64,000 nt of DNA from Patescibacteria group bacterium (GCA_004297215.1 SCUM01000001.1:400-64399); one strand, 5' to 3'. Numbered from the stretch's first letter, positions 52,502 through 62,106 are shown. Notes: a model not told the origin generated them from the sequence alone. Made by a program: numbers and translations.

Positions 52502-54277
52502 ATGAACGACCGAGCCAACAACGCGCACGCGCAGGCAGGCCGCTTCTATTTCACGTCCATCAAGTCCGTCCGCGCCCCCGACGGCCGCACCGAGGCGTTC
52601 GACCCGGCGCGCCTCGAGCAATCCGTTCGGGACGCCTTTTTGGCGGCCGGCATCACGGGCGAGCAGAACGAGCAGATGGTGCTGCACGTCACCGACGAGA
52701 CCGTGGCCAAGCTCACCTTTGCCTACGGCGACCAGGAGCCGGAGCGCTTCGACGTGCGGCAGATCACGCATTCGGTGCTCATCGACAACAACCTGTCGCT
52801 CGTGGCCTCCGCCTACCTCATGCGCACCGAGGGGCCGCGCCTGCTCCAGGGAGAGGAGCCGCACGTGCCCAGCGGCAAGAAAGGCCCGCCCATCGCCTCC
52901 CGCCGCCGGCTCCCCAACGAACGCGCTTCCATCACGCATAAGTTCCAGATCGGCTCGCACCGCGGGTACGTCACGGTGGGCCTGTACGAGGACGGCTCCC
53001 CCGGCGAGATCTTCGTCCGGATGAGCAAGGAGGGGAGCACCATGGCGGGCCTGCTCGACAGCCTCGCCACCTCGGTGTCCATCGCCCTCCAGTACGGGGT
53101 GCCGTTGCGCGTCCTCGTCGACAAGTTCAGCCATGTCCATTTCGAGCCCAGCGGCTTCACCGAGCACCAGAACGTCCGGTACGCCAAGAGCGTGGTGGAT
53201 TACCTCTTCCGCTGGCTCGGCATCAAGTTCCCGGAGGCGATGGCGCGACAGAAGTCGCTTGACGCGGACGCGCCGGAGGAAGCCGCCCCGGCGAGCGCGG
53301 AAGGGATCAGCAAGGGGCTCATCGGCACCTGTCCGATGCTCACCCCGCGCAAGGTGTACAAGCCGATGGAGTACCCCCAGTACTTCGACTATTTCCAAAA
53401 GCAGAACCAGGCGCACTGGATGCCGCTTGAGGTGCCGATGGAGTCGGACATCAACGATTACAAGCACAAGCTGACGGCCGAGGAGCGCAACCTCGTCATC
53501 AACATCCTCCGGTTCTTCACGCAGGGCGACCTCGAGGTCAACAACAACTACAACAGCCACCTCATCCCGTTCTTCCCCAAGCCCGAGATCAAGATGATGC
53601 TCACCGCCTTCGCCCAGATGGAGGGGATCCACGTGTGGGCGTACTCCTACCTCAACGACTCGCTGGGCCTGCCGGACGCCGAGTACAGCGCGTTCCTCGA
53701 CATCAAGTCGATGCGCGCCAAGTACGACTACATCCAGAACTTCGACGTGCGCACGCTCGAGGACCTGGCCGTGAACCTGGCCGTGTTCGGCGGGTTCATG
53801 GAAGGGGTGAGCCTGTTCTCGAGCTTCGCGATCCTCATGCACTTCCCGCGCATGGGCAAGCTCAAGGGCGTGGGGCAGATCGTCACCTGGAGCATCCGCG
53901 ACGAGTCGCTGCATTCCATGGGCGTGTGCAACCTGTTCCGCGACCTCATTTCCGAGAATCGCCTCATCTGGACCGACGAGCTGCGAAAGACGCTCTACGG
54001 CGCCTGCCAGGACATGGTGGGCCTCGAGGACGCCTTCATCGACACCTGCTTCCAGATGGGCGACGTCCCCGGCCTGACGGCGGACGAGGTCAAGCAGTAC
54101 ATCCGTTACATCGCCGATCGCCGATTGAACGACCTCGGGCTCGACGCGGCGTACGGCCTCGTCAAGAACCCGCTCCCGTGGCTCGACACCATGATCAACG
54201 CCAAGGAGCACGTCAACTTCTTCGAGAATCGCGCCACCGAGTACACGAAGGGAGGAGTGATAAACGATTGGACATAA
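52502..54277 (+). CDS. nrdB: Ribonucleotide reductase radical-generating subunit NrdB, fused N-terminally to an ATP-cone and a segment resembling the C-terminal (TSCPD-like) domain of class II NrdJ
   Basis: ATP-cone IKSVRAPDGRTEAFDPARLEQSV...VRQITHSVLIDNNLSLVASAYLMRTEG. Middle block THKFQIGSHRGYVTVGLYEDGSPGEIFVRMSKEGSTMAGLLDSLATSVSIALQYGVPL...GTCPM. R2 ferritin-like domain with FAQMEGIHVWAYSY (Glu/His/Tyr) and IRDESLH. Single uninterrupted ORF. Confidence 0.7.
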   Translation: MNDRANNAHAQAGRFYFTSIKSVRAPDGRTEAFDPARLEQSVRDAFLAAGITGEQNEQMVLHVTDETVAKLTFAYGDQEPERFDVRQITHSVLIDNNLSLVASAYLMRTEGPRLLQGEEPHVPSGKKGPPIASRRRLPNERASITHKFQIGSHRGYVTVGLYEDGSPGEIFVRMSKEGSTMAGLLDSLATSVSIALQYGVPLRVLVDKFSHVHFEPSGFTEHQNVRYAKSVVDYLFRWLGIKFPEAMARQKSLDADAPEEAAPASAEGISKGLIGTCPMLTPRKVYKPMEYPQYFDYFQKQNQAHWMPLEVPMESDINDYKHKLTAEERNLVINILRFFTQGDLEVNNNYNSHLIPFFPKPEIKMMLTAFAQMEGIHVWAYSYLNDSLGLPDAEYSAFLDIKSMRAKYDYIQNFDVRTLEDLAVNLAVFGGFMEGVSLFSSFAILMHFPRMGKLKGVGQIVTWSIRDESLHSMGVCNLFRDLISENRLIWTDELRKTLYGACQDMVGLEDAFIDTCFQMGDVPGLTADEVKQYIRYIADRRLNDLGLDAAYGLVKNPLPWLDTMINAKEHVNFFENRATEYTKGGVINDWT

Positions 54278-54284
54278 CCCCGCT

Positions 54285-56192
54285 ATGGCCGCCTACGCAT
54301 CCGTCATAGACGCGTTGTCGAAGAACGACCTTTGGGGCGCGCGCGACGTGCTCCTCGAGAAGATCCTCAAGGAGGTAGAAGGCCGCCACAGCTGGGACGC
54401 CCCGTGGTACAGCGCGGACAAGGCGGTCCAGCAGGGCATCCGGCTCGCCCCGGAGCGCAACAAGCTGTTCTCGTATTTCGGGCTGGAGAACCTGTACGAC
54501 CGCTACCTCCTGCGCGACGAGGCGGGAAAGATCGTGGAGGAGCCGCAGACGTTTTACGCGCGCATCGCGACCGGCATCGCGCGCGGGGACGCCGCCTTCG
54601 CGCAGGAGCTCTATGACATCATGAGCCGTCACTGGTTCCTGCCGGCCACGCCCGTGCTCATGAACGTCGGCACCGACAAGGGCCTGCCCATCTCCTGCTT
54701 CCTCAACACCGTGCCGGACACGCTCGAGGGGATCTTCGACCTGTATCGGGAGAACGCCTTCCTTGCCAAAAACGGCGGGGGGATCGGCACAGACTGGTCG
54801 CGCCTGCGCGGGAACAACGCCCCGCTCAAGAAGAGCGGCCTCAAGTCCTCCGGGGTGATCCCGTTCCTCAAGGTCATGGATTCCGAGACGCTCGCCATCT
54901 CGCGCAATTCCATCCGCCGCGGGGCCGCCGCCGCCTACCTGCGCATCGACCACCCGGACATCGAGGAGTTCCTGGAGATCCGCAAGCCCACGGGCGGGGA
55001 CATCGACCGCAAATGCCTCAACCTGCACCAGGCCGTGGTGCTCACCGATGATTTCATGCGCGCGGTGGAGAAGGGGGAGACGTATCCGCTCGTCGACCCG
55101 CACTACAAGACGGTCGCCAAGAAGCTGGATGCGGTGGAGATGTGGCGCAAGATCCTCACGATGCGCGCCGAGACCGGGGAGCCGTACATGATGTTCCTCG
55201 ACACGGTGAACCGCGCCGTCCCGCCGCATCACCGGCAGAAGGGGCTCCTGGTGAACCAGAGCAACCTGTGCGCGGAAATCGTGCTTCCGACCAACGACGA
55301 GCGCACGGCCGTCTGTTGCCTGTCCAGCCTCAACCTCGAGCGCTACGACGAGTGGAGGGACCGGATGGGGCATGTGGTGGCGCTCGCCGTGAAGGCGCTT
55401 GACAACAACCTCGACACCTTCATCGAGATGGCCGATCCCGTGGAATTCAAGAAGGCGATCTTCTCGGCCAAGTCGGAACGGTCCGTGGGCCTCGGGGTGA
55501 TGGGGTACCACGGCTACCTCATGAGCAAGGGATTCCCGTTCGAGAGCGTGGCCGCGCGCGCGTTCAACAAGGAGTTCTTCGCCCTCCTCCAGGCGCACGC
55601 CAATGCCGCGTCGGAAGCGCTCGCCAAGGAGCGCGGGCTCCCGCTCGACGGGGGGACGCGTCGCAACAGCTATCTGCTGTCGCTCCAGCCCACCGCGTCC
55701 ACCGCGTTTTTATGCGGCGAGGCATCCCCTTGCGTCGAACCGATCACCGGCAACGCCTACCTGCAGAAGACCCTTTCCGGCAGCTTCCTCGTGAAGAACA
55801 AGTATCTAGACAAGCTGCTCACCGAAAAGGGGATCAACGACGAGGAAACGTGGAAGTCCATCATCGCCGGGCGCGGGAGCGTGCAGCACCTCGATGCGCT
55901 CACCGACGCCGAGAAGGCGCTCTACCGCACCGCCGAGGAGATGAACATGCGCGAGATCGTGCAGCAGGCGGCGGACCGCCAGCCGTTCATCTGCCAGGCC
56001 CAGTCCATCAACCTGTTCTTCCGAGCGCCCATCTCGGGCAAGTACATGCACGAGACGCACATGCTCGCCTGGAAGGCCGGGGTGAAGACGCTCTACTACC
56101 TGCGCTCCAGCGCGCCCATCGAGGCCGACAAGATCGACATGAAGTCGTTCAAGCGCGACCTTGCCAACGAGGAATGCGCGGTCTGCCAATGA
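54285..56192 (+). CDS. nrdA: Ribonucleotide reductase catalytic subunit NrdA (class I-type 10-stranded barrel) lacking an ATP-cone
   Basis: NLCAEIVLPT (Cys-Glu), LRIDHPDIEEF, QSINLFF, LYYLRS. C-terminal CAVCQ (CxxC tail). Confidence 0.8.
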   Translation: MAAYASVIDALSKNDLWGARDVLLEKILKEVEGRHSWDAPWYSADKAVQQGIRLAPERNKLFSYFGLENLYDRYLLRDEAGKIVEEPQTFYARIATGIARGDAAFAQELYDIMSRHWFLPATPVLMNVGTDKGLPISCFLNTVPDTLEGIFDLYRENAFLAKNGGGIGTDWSRLRGNNAPLKKSGLKSSGVIPFLKVMDSETLAISRNSIRRGAAAAYLRIDHPDIEEFLEIRKPTGGDIDRKCLNLHQAVVLTDDFMRAVEKGETYPLVDPHYKTVAKKLDAVEMWRKILTMRAETGEPYMMFLDTVNRAVPPHHRQKGLLVNQSNLCAEIVLPTNDERTAVCCLSSLNLERYDEWRDRMGHVVALAVKALDNNLDTFIEMADPVEFKKAIFSAKSERSVGLGVMGYHGYLMSKGFPFESVAARAFNKEFFALLQAHANAASEALAKERGLPLDGGTRRNSYLLSLQPTASTAFLCGEASPCVEPITGNAYLQKTLSGSFLVKNKYLDKLLTEKGINDEETWKSIIAGRGSVQHLDALTDAEKALYRTAEEMNMREIVQQAADRQPFICQAQSINLFFRAPISGKYMHETHMLAWKAGVKTLYYLRSSAPIEADKIDMKSFKRDLANEECAVCQ

Positions 56193-56215
56193 ATGGAGAA
56201 GGCGTAAGAATCAGC

Positions 56216-56246
56216 AAAAGAGACGATGAATCGTCTCTTTTGTACG
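56216..56246 (+). terminator. Rho-independent terminator (aagagacga-tgaa-tcgtctctt, then ttgt)
   Basis: Perfect 9-bp stem directly after the nrdA stop. Confidence 0.65.
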
Positions 56247-56250
56247 AACT

Positions 56251-56538
56251 ATGGTTTTTAACGACGAACAGAAAAAAAAATTCGTTCAACATCTTGATTC
56301 AGTTTGGGAAAAACAAAACTGCTGGATTTGTTCTTCAGATAACTGGACAATTCTAGACAAAGCTTTTCAAGTAACCGAATTTTTTCCAGGTTCCTTACTG
56401 ACTGCGGGAAAAGTGATGCCATTCGTTGCGCTGGTGTGCAACAAGTGTGGCAATACCCTTTTCCTCAACGCTTATAAGGTCGGCGTGCTTAAAGTGGAGC
56501 CGACAGAGGTTGAGAAAGGTCATGCCGAAGAAAAATAG
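56251..56538 (+). CDS. Small zinc-finger-like protein (95 aa; CWIC ... CNKCG)
   Basis: Two CxxC pairs. Low GC. First gene of the island. Confidence 0.35.
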   Translation: MVFNDEQKKKFVQHLDSVWEKQNCWICSSDNWTILDKAFQVTEFFPGSLLTAGKVMPFVALVCNKCGNTLFLNAYKVGVLKVEPTEVEKGHAEEK

Positions 56539-56878
56539 TAAAATGACTTCTGGCTTCGGGATTCTGACCGAGATGCCCGATCCTGCCCACGAAACTCGCC
56601 TTGCGATTCGGAAGGCTGATTGGAACCGCCTGAAGAAGGGGGTTGCTACAATCTGCGAAGAGGGCTGGTTTGATGTTAGGATTCGGGATATCGGAGTCGG
56701 GGCCCTTGTTGGAGGACTTACTATGCTGATTACGGGTCCGAGGGAATGGGGAGCCGCACTCGTTGCTGCTTCGGTGTTGATTTTGTGGGCAGACAGCATT
56801 CGCCATAAAGGACGGAAAAGCATCTGCCAGCATCTCCACGAAGACATGGTTTCCGTCGAAGAGACCTTCCAAAAGTAA
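56522..56878 (+). CDS. Small membrane protein (118 aa, 2 TM helices)
   Basis: Overlaps the upstream small ORF by 17 nt. Helices IGVGALVGGLTMLITG and AALVAASVLILWA. Confidence 0.35.
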   Translation: MPKKNSKMTSGFGILTEMPDPAHETRLAIRKADWNRLKKGVATICEEGWFDVRIRDIGVGALVGGLTMLITGPREWGAALVAASVLILWADSIRHKGRKSICQHLHEDMVSVEETFQK

Positions 56879-56977
56879 GACACTCATGACGGGGGTATTT
56901 GTCGCTTGATGCATGGTAGAATAATTGTGCGTTCGAAGTTGAGGAGTGCAGGTCCGGAAGGAAACCTGACAATCCGT

Positions 56978-58327
56978 ATGCCTAACAAGCGTTTTAAGAC
57001 CATTTCTCTTTTTTCTGGTGCGATGGGTCTTGATATTGGCCTGGAAAGGACTGGGGCTTTCGATTTGCTCGCGGCCGTCGAAAAAGAGCCAGTTTTTTGT
57101 GAAACAATTCGACAAAATTGTGCCGCTGGTAGGGTTGGAAATAAAAAACTTTGGGTATACGAAGGGGACATAACAGGATTTGATCCAAAGAGGGTGATGA
57201 AGGATGTCGGCGTCAGCCCAGGAGAACTCGACCTTCTCGTTGGTGGTCCGCCTTGTCAGAGTTTCAGCACTGCTGGTAAGCGAGGGACGGTTTCGGATCC
57301 GAGAGGTACGTTGATTTGGCAGTTCCTCCGCTTCGTCGAGATAATGCGCCCACGCTTCTTTTTGATGGAGAACGTGCGCGGCCTTCTTTCTGCGGCGCTA
57401 AAACAGAGACCAGTAAAAATGAGGCCGGATCGGGGAGGCCCTCCACTTGAGGACGACGAACTTCCCGGGTCGGTCGTCAGGCGATTCGCGGCAGATTTCG
57501 AAAAGATCGGTTATCGTTTTGATTGTTTCGAGGTCAACGCGGTCAATTACGGTGCACCACAAATTCGAGAAAGGGCATTATTTATCGGGAATCGGTTCGG
57601 TGAAGTGGTGGATTTTCCCATGCCGACTCATGGAGTTGGGGACGAACAAATAGCTCAGACGAAGCTGCTCGCTTCAGGTATAACCATGTTCCAACCACGC
57701 CGGACGCTCCGTAACGCGATTGGCGACTTACGAGAAGTGAATCCGGTAATTTTGGATTTCAGTCCGCGGAAAAAACGGTTTCTTTCCCTGATTCCACAAG
57801 GGGGAAACTGGCGTTCATTGCCAGAGGAATTGCAAAAGGAATCGATGGGGAAAGCTTGGAAAGCGAAAGGGGGGCGTTCTGGCTGGTGGCGGAGATTGAA
57901 TTTTGATTTACCCTCGCCAACAGTCGTGACGATGCCAAATCACGCAAGCACAGCTTTGTGTCACCCCACGGAAGTTCGAGCATTGACTTTGAGGGAGTGC
58001 GCGCGGATACAGGAGTTTCCTGATGCGTGGCAGTTCTGCGGAACCGCTCAGCAGCAGTACGCTCAAGTCGGGAATGCGGTTCCAACACGACTTGGTCACG
58101 TGGCTGGCCAGACACTTGTCGGATTGTTGCAAAAACATGTTAGTAAAAAAGGGGAGGCCATTTCTCCACTTGCGCCAAGCCGAGTCATTTATCTTCAATC
58201 ACATATTCGTACACGGCAGTGGTTCAAGAGCGGCCAAGCTGTAATTTGGAAAGACGGGAAGGAAAATCATCAGATGGCACCGAAGACAGTTCGGGCCGAA
58301 AGAGCATTAGCAAGTTATGCCCGGTAG
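56978..58327 (+). CDS. DNA (cytosine-5)-methyltransferase (Dcm-type)
   Basis: Motif I ISLFSGAMGLDIG. Motif IV GGPPCQSFS. Motif VI LMENVRGL. Motif VIII QIRERALF. Motif X QVGNAVP. Confidence 0.85.
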   Translation: MPNKRFKTISLFSGAMGLDIGLERTGAFDLLAAVEKEPVFCETIRQNCAAGRVGNKKLWVYEGDITGFDPKRVMKDVGVSPGELDLLVGGPPCQSFSTAGKRGTVSDPRGTLIWQFLRFVEIMRPRFFLMENVRGLLSAALKQRPVKMRPDRGGPPLEDDELPGSVVRRFAADFEKIGYRFDCFEVNAVNYGAPQIRERALFIGNRFGEVVDFPMPTHGVGDEQIAQTKLLASGITMFQPRRTLRNAIGDLREVNPVILDFSPRKKRFLSLIPQGGNWRSLPEELQKESMGKAWKAKGGRSGWWRRLNFDLPSPTVVTMPNHASTALCHPTEVRALTLRECARIQEFPDAWQFCGTAQQQYAQVGNAVPTRLGHVAGQTLVGLLQKHVSKKGEAISPLAPSRVIYLQSHIRTRQWFKSGQAVIWKDGKENHQMAPKTVRAERALASYAR

Positions 58328-59408
58328 ATCGTTAGATGAGTTTTACATGACGCAACGGAGGCGCACGTCTTTCGATCCGAAGGAGCTGAAGGAACTTTTC
58401 CGTCAGATGGATCAAAAGCGCGTTAAGGCTTTGGCTTCGAGCATCGCGGCGCACATTGCTGCGAATTTGCAACGAACGGTCGAAAGGAAATCGAAGTTGT
58501 CTGACTACCGCACCAGCCCATACGTTCTTACTGCCATTTCGAGCGTGATGAATCTGGCCAAGCCTTTAGATTTAGCGCGATTTCTTCTCGATACCAAGTT
58601 GTATACTGGTTTGGAAACCTCATTTGGCAAACAGATTGAAAGCGCATTCGTACAACATTATCCTTCGCTTGATGGGTTGTCTGGCCGATGGACTGACCCA
58701 ATCGAGAAGTTGGAAGAATTCGCTGGACTCAAAGGGCTTACCAGAGAGACGAAAGCCTCAAAGAGGTCGCATTCGGTTTGGCGAGAGATCGATAAGGAAT
58801 GCACGGTAGGCGACCGCAGATATCTAGTTTCGATAAAAAGCGGTCCGCACTGCATCAATGATACGCAGGTGGCGGGTATGGTTCATGCGATTAAAGAAAA
58901 CTATTTGGAATGGTTGCAGGCAAGCAAGAAAGCGAATCCAAAAGTTAAAGGAATTGATGTAGTTATCGGCTTGACGTATGGGACGCCAGCGACCACCAAT
59001 AATAAAGAAAATCAAATTCTTGTTAAATTAAGGGGAGATGGATTTGAGCCTTTGAAGGGAAAAAATGGAGTACTCGTCGACAAGAGAACAAAATCCGTTC
59101 GGGTTTATCGAGCTGTTGGAATTGACTTCTGGTCATTCATCGGTGACCCCCGTAGTCCAAATAAGGCTCGTCACACATTCCTTGAAGCATTACTTGCATT
59201 ATCTTTGGCCATGCGAGCTGGCGAAGGGCGTGAATCACTTCTTGATTCAATTCAGGCACGAGGCATAGCACTTGCCCGTGCAATTGAAGCAATCGTGTTG
59301 AGTTTTCCCCAAAGCCTTTTCCCCAAATGGGCACATCGGGAATTATCCGATGATGAATTCCTTTGGTTGAGTACGGCCATCACATCATTCTACGATGAGG
59401 GAGTATAA
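58317..59408 (+). CDS. Putative type II restriction endonuclease cognate to the adjacent methyltransferase
   Basis: Overlaps the methyltransferase by 11 nt. 363 aa with no recognisable motif beyond a candidate PD-(D/E)xK-like VGD...LVSIKSG. Assigned mainly from position. Confidence 0.4.
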   Translation: MPGRSLDEFYMTQRRRTSFDPKELKELFRQMDQKRVKALASSIAAHIAANLQRTVERKSKLSDYRTSPYVLTAISSVMNLAKPLDLARFLLDTKLYTGLETSFGKQIESAFVQHYPSLDGLSGRWTDPIEKLEEFAGLKGLTRETKASKRSHSVWREIDKECTVGDRRYLVSIKSGPHCINDTQVAGMVHAIKENYLEWLQASKKANPKVKGIDVVIGLTYGTPATTNNKENQILVKLRGDGFEPLKGKNGVLVDKRTKSVRVYRAVGIDFWSFIGDPRSPNKARHTFLEALLALSLAMRAGEGRESLLDSIQARGIALARAIEAIVLSFPQSLFPKWAHRELSDDEFLWLSTAITSFYDEGV

Positions 59409-59494
59409 TGACAGAAAGACTCCCGACGCGATGTCGTGGGTTTGCGTTTGACCCATTCGACAGCGCAGGCAAAACGCCGTACAACATGCTGTAT

Positions 59495-60256
59495 ATGCAG
59501 ACGCGCGTCGTCATCCTCGCGGCCGGCAAGGGAACGCGGATGAAGCAGGACCTCCCCAAGCCGCTTACGCCGGTTTGCGGCAAGCCCATCCTCCAGTACC
59601 TGGTCGAGGCCGTCGAAGGGGCAGGGATCGGGGTGGGGGAGCCGATCGTCGTGGTGAACAAGGACCGGCCGGCGCTGTGCGAGGCGTTCGGGAAGAGCTG
59701 CGCGTATGCCGTGCAGGAAGAGCAGCGCGGCACGGCGCACGCGGTCGCGTCGGCCCGCGAGGCGCTGGTCGGCGCGGAGGCGATGATCACCCTCTACGGC
59801 GACCATCCCTTCGTCTGCGCCGACACCGTCCGGCGGCTCGCGGCGTTGCACGCCTCCGCCGCGGGACCGCTCAGCATGCTCACGTTCACCGTGCCGGATT
59901 TTTCCGGGTGGCGCGGCGCCTTCGAGCACTGGGGGCGGGTGCTTCGCGACGGGGCCGGGAACGTCGTCGGCGTACGCGAGTTCAAGGACGCGAGCGAAGA
60001 GGAGCGCCGCATCCTGGAAATCAACCCTTCCTTCTTCTGTTTCGACGTGGCCTGGTTCTTCGGAAACGTCCATCGCGTAAGCGACAAGAATGCCCAGGGC
60101 GAGCATTACCTTACCGACATGGTCGCCGTGGCCGTCTCGGACGGCCACCGCATCAAGGCCGCGTCGGTGGATCCGCAGGAGGCGATCGGCATAAACACCC
60201 AGGAAGAACGGCGGTTTGCCGAGGAGCTCTTGCAAAAACGCCCGTTTCATGCCTAG
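59495..60256 (+). CDS. Sugar-phosphate nucleotidyltransferase resembling the N-terminal domain of GlmU, with no acetyltransferase domain
   Basis: VVILAAGKGTRMKQDLPKPLTPVCGKPILQY. In-frame alternative starts at 59408 and 59486. Confidence 0.65.
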   Translation: MQTRVVILAAGKGTRMKQDLPKPLTPVCGKPILQYLVEAVEGAGIGVGEPIVVVNKDRPALCEAFGKSCAYAVQEEQRGTAHAVASAREALVGAEAMITLYGDHPFVCADTVRRLAALHASAAGPLSMLTFTVPDFSGWRGAFEHWGRVLRDGAGNVVGVREFKDASEEERRILEINPSFFCFDVAWFFGNVHRVSDKNAQGEHYLTDMVAVAVSDGHRIKAASVDPQEAIGINTQEERRFAEELLQKRPFHA

Positions 60257-60303
60257 ACTGTAGTGCCTCTGTCGGCATCATCTGCACGTTTCGGGGAGAG
60301 AGA

Positions 60304-60888
60304 ATGGTGGAAAAGCTACGCGAACAGGAAATGACCGGGCGGGAGATCCAACGGGTCTACTGCATGAATGACGGGGCGGAACGCAGCTTCGTCGTCCGGG
60401 CGGACAAGGACGTCGCCGTCACGGTGGCGTTCGACCTCGAAGGGATGGTGCTGCTGTGCAGGCAGTTCCGTCCCGGGCAGGAGCGGTTCGTGGACGATCC
60501 GCCGGGCGGCATGGCCGAGCCCGGGGAGGATCCGGAAACGACCGCGGCGAGGGAGCTCCTCGAGGAGACGGGCTACGAGGCCCGAGAGCTCATGCGCGTG
60601 TGCGCGCATCCGATGGTCACCAATTCGACCAGGACGGTGTACGGCTTCCTGGCTCGCGGGTGCAAGCGGGTCGCCGAACCCGCCTTGGACGACGGCGAGC
60701 ACATCGAGCTCGTCCGCAAGCCCCTTCCGGAGTTCGTGCAACAGGTCGCGCGCGGCCTGGTGAGCGACTACGGGGCGGCACAGGCGGCGCTGTTGCGCGA
60801 GCTCGTGCCGATGCTCGGAGACGGCGAGCGCGCCGCCTTCGCCGCCATGCAGCTGCAGGTCCTCGCCGGACTGCCGCTGTCGCAGTGA
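60304..60888 (+). CDS. NUDIX hydrolase
   Basis: Nudix box PGGMAEPGEDPETTAARELLEETGYEA. RBS ggagagag. Confidence 0.7.
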   Translation: MVEKLREQEMTGREIQRVYCMNDGAERSFVVRADKDVAVTVAFDLEGMVLLCRQFRPGQERFVDDPPGGMAEPGEDPETTAARELLEETGYEARELMRVCAHPMVTNSTRTVYGFLARGCKRVAEPALDDGEHIELVRKPLPEFVQQVARGLVSDYGAAQAALLRELVPMLGDGERAAFAAMQLQVLAGLPLSQ

Positions 60889-60910
60889 GCGACGCGCGTC
60901 CATGACGGGC

Positions 60911-60950
60911 GACCGAACCAGCGCGTGGTCCGGTCGTTTTTCTTTTTGCC
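60911..60950. terminator. Putative bidirectional terminator (cgaccg ... cggtcg, then tttttcttttt) between convergent NUDIX and mgtE genes
   Basis: 6-bp perfect stem with a 15-nt loop, followed by a T-run. Confidence 0.45.
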
Positions 60951-60958
60951 CGTCGACG

Positions 60959-61993
60959 TCAGATCAGCAGCCAGGAGGCCACGGCGAAGTAGATGGAGAG
61001 CGAAAGCAGGTCCTGGACGATGGTGGTGAACGGCCCGCCGCCCACGGCCGGGTCGCGGCCGAACTTGCGCAAAAGCTCGGGGATGGCGATTGCCACCGGG
61101 CCGGCCGCGACCATCACGAGGAACATGGAAAGCGAAACGATGGCCGCGACCTGCGGCATCCCGGTGAGCAGGAGGGCGAACGGGCCGATGAGCAGGGCGG
61201 ACACGAGGCCCATGGTCGCGTCCACGGCGACCTCGCGCGCGAAGTAGTGGCGCTTGTCGAGGGCCTCGAGCGCGAGCGAGCGCACGTAGATCGTCTGCGT
61301 CTGCGTGCCCACGGCGTCGCCCATGTATACGATCACCGGGATGAAGAAGGCGAGCGCGATCACCGATTCGAGGTCCTGCCTGAACCCGTCCACGAGCAGG
61401 GTGGCGAGCATCCCGCCGAAGAGGCCCACCACGAGCCATGGCGTGCGCCAGGCGATCAATTGCGGCAGGCGCGCGGCGATCACTTCGGAGAATCGCGCGC
61501 GCGTGGCCGCGAGACCGGACGCCGAAAGCACGCTTCGCACGTGTTCCGCCTCGAGGGTCGAGAGGATCTCGTCGGTGCCCACGGCGCCCATGAGCGTCCC
61601 GTCGTGGTCCACCACGGGGAGCATCTTCACCCCGCGGGCGATGGCGCGCGCGGCGGCCACGCGCACGTCCGAGTGCGGATGCACGACGGCGAGGTTGCGT
61701 TTCGCGAACGCGCGCATGGCCTGCATCCCGTCCGAGCGCAACAGCTCCTTGATGGAAACGACGCCCAGGAGGTGGCGCTCGTCATCCACCACATAGACGT
61801 AGGAGACGCTATCCCAAACGGCCTTTGGGTCGGTGAGCCGCCGGCGGGCCGAGGAGACGGTCTCCTCCGGCGGGGCCGTCGGGATCCGAAGCAACATCCG
61901 CCGCGCCGCCGCGTCGGGGGGGAAGTGCGACTTCGCGCGTTGCCGTTCGAGCCCGTTCCTCCTCACATGCGTCGAAGTATAGCGCAAAAACAA
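60959..61993 (-). CDS. mgtE: Magnesium transporter MgtE family (CBS pair plus MgtE transmembrane domain)
   Basis: CBS domains (VYVVDDERHLLGVVSIKELL / MLPVVDHDGTLMGAVGTDEIL) and five C-terminal TM helices. Confidence 0.7.
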   Translation of the reverse strand: MFLRYTSTHVRRNGLERQRAKSHFPPDAAARRMLLRIPTAPPEETVSSARRRLTDPKAVWDSVSYVYVVDDERHLLGVVSIKELLRSDGMQAMRAFAKRNLAVVHPHSDVRVAAARAIARGVKMLPVVDHDGTLMGAVGTDEILSTLEAEHVRSVLSASGLAATRARFSEVIAARLPQLIAWRTPWLVVGLFGGMLATLLVDGFRQDLESVIALAFFIPVIVYMGDAVGTQTQTIYVRSLALEALDKRHYFAREVAVDATMGLVSALLIGPFALLLTGMPQVAAIVSLSMFLVMVAAGPVAIAIPELLRKFGRDPAVGGGPFTTIVQDLLSLSIYFAVASWLLI

Positions 61994-62030
61994 AAGGCCG
62001 TCCGCATGGACGGCATCTTGTGGTCGGGCC

Positions 62031-62106
<76 letters not shown>

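Larger units (their letters stand above)
56200..59410 (+). mobile_element. Low-GC (about 40-50%) genomic island carrying a type II restriction-modification module and two small accessory proteins
   Basis: Abrupt GC drop relative to the flanking genes at about 65%. The island is inserted between the nrdA terminator and the GlmU-N-like gene. Confidence 0.5.

Noticed and set aside
53335-54277. Independent NrdB gene starting at the internal Met (…CPMLTPRKV…)
   Set aside because: No stop codon separates it from the upstream ATP-cone/TSCPD-like frame, so a fusion protein is the only product I can support from the sequence. Internal initiation cannot be excluded.
59575-60888. 437-aa ORF overlapping the GlmU-N-like gene and extending into the NUDIX gene
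   Set aside because: It is the out-of-frame translation of the nucleotidyltransferase gene. The NUDIX domain starts at the in-frame ATG at 60304 with its own RBS.
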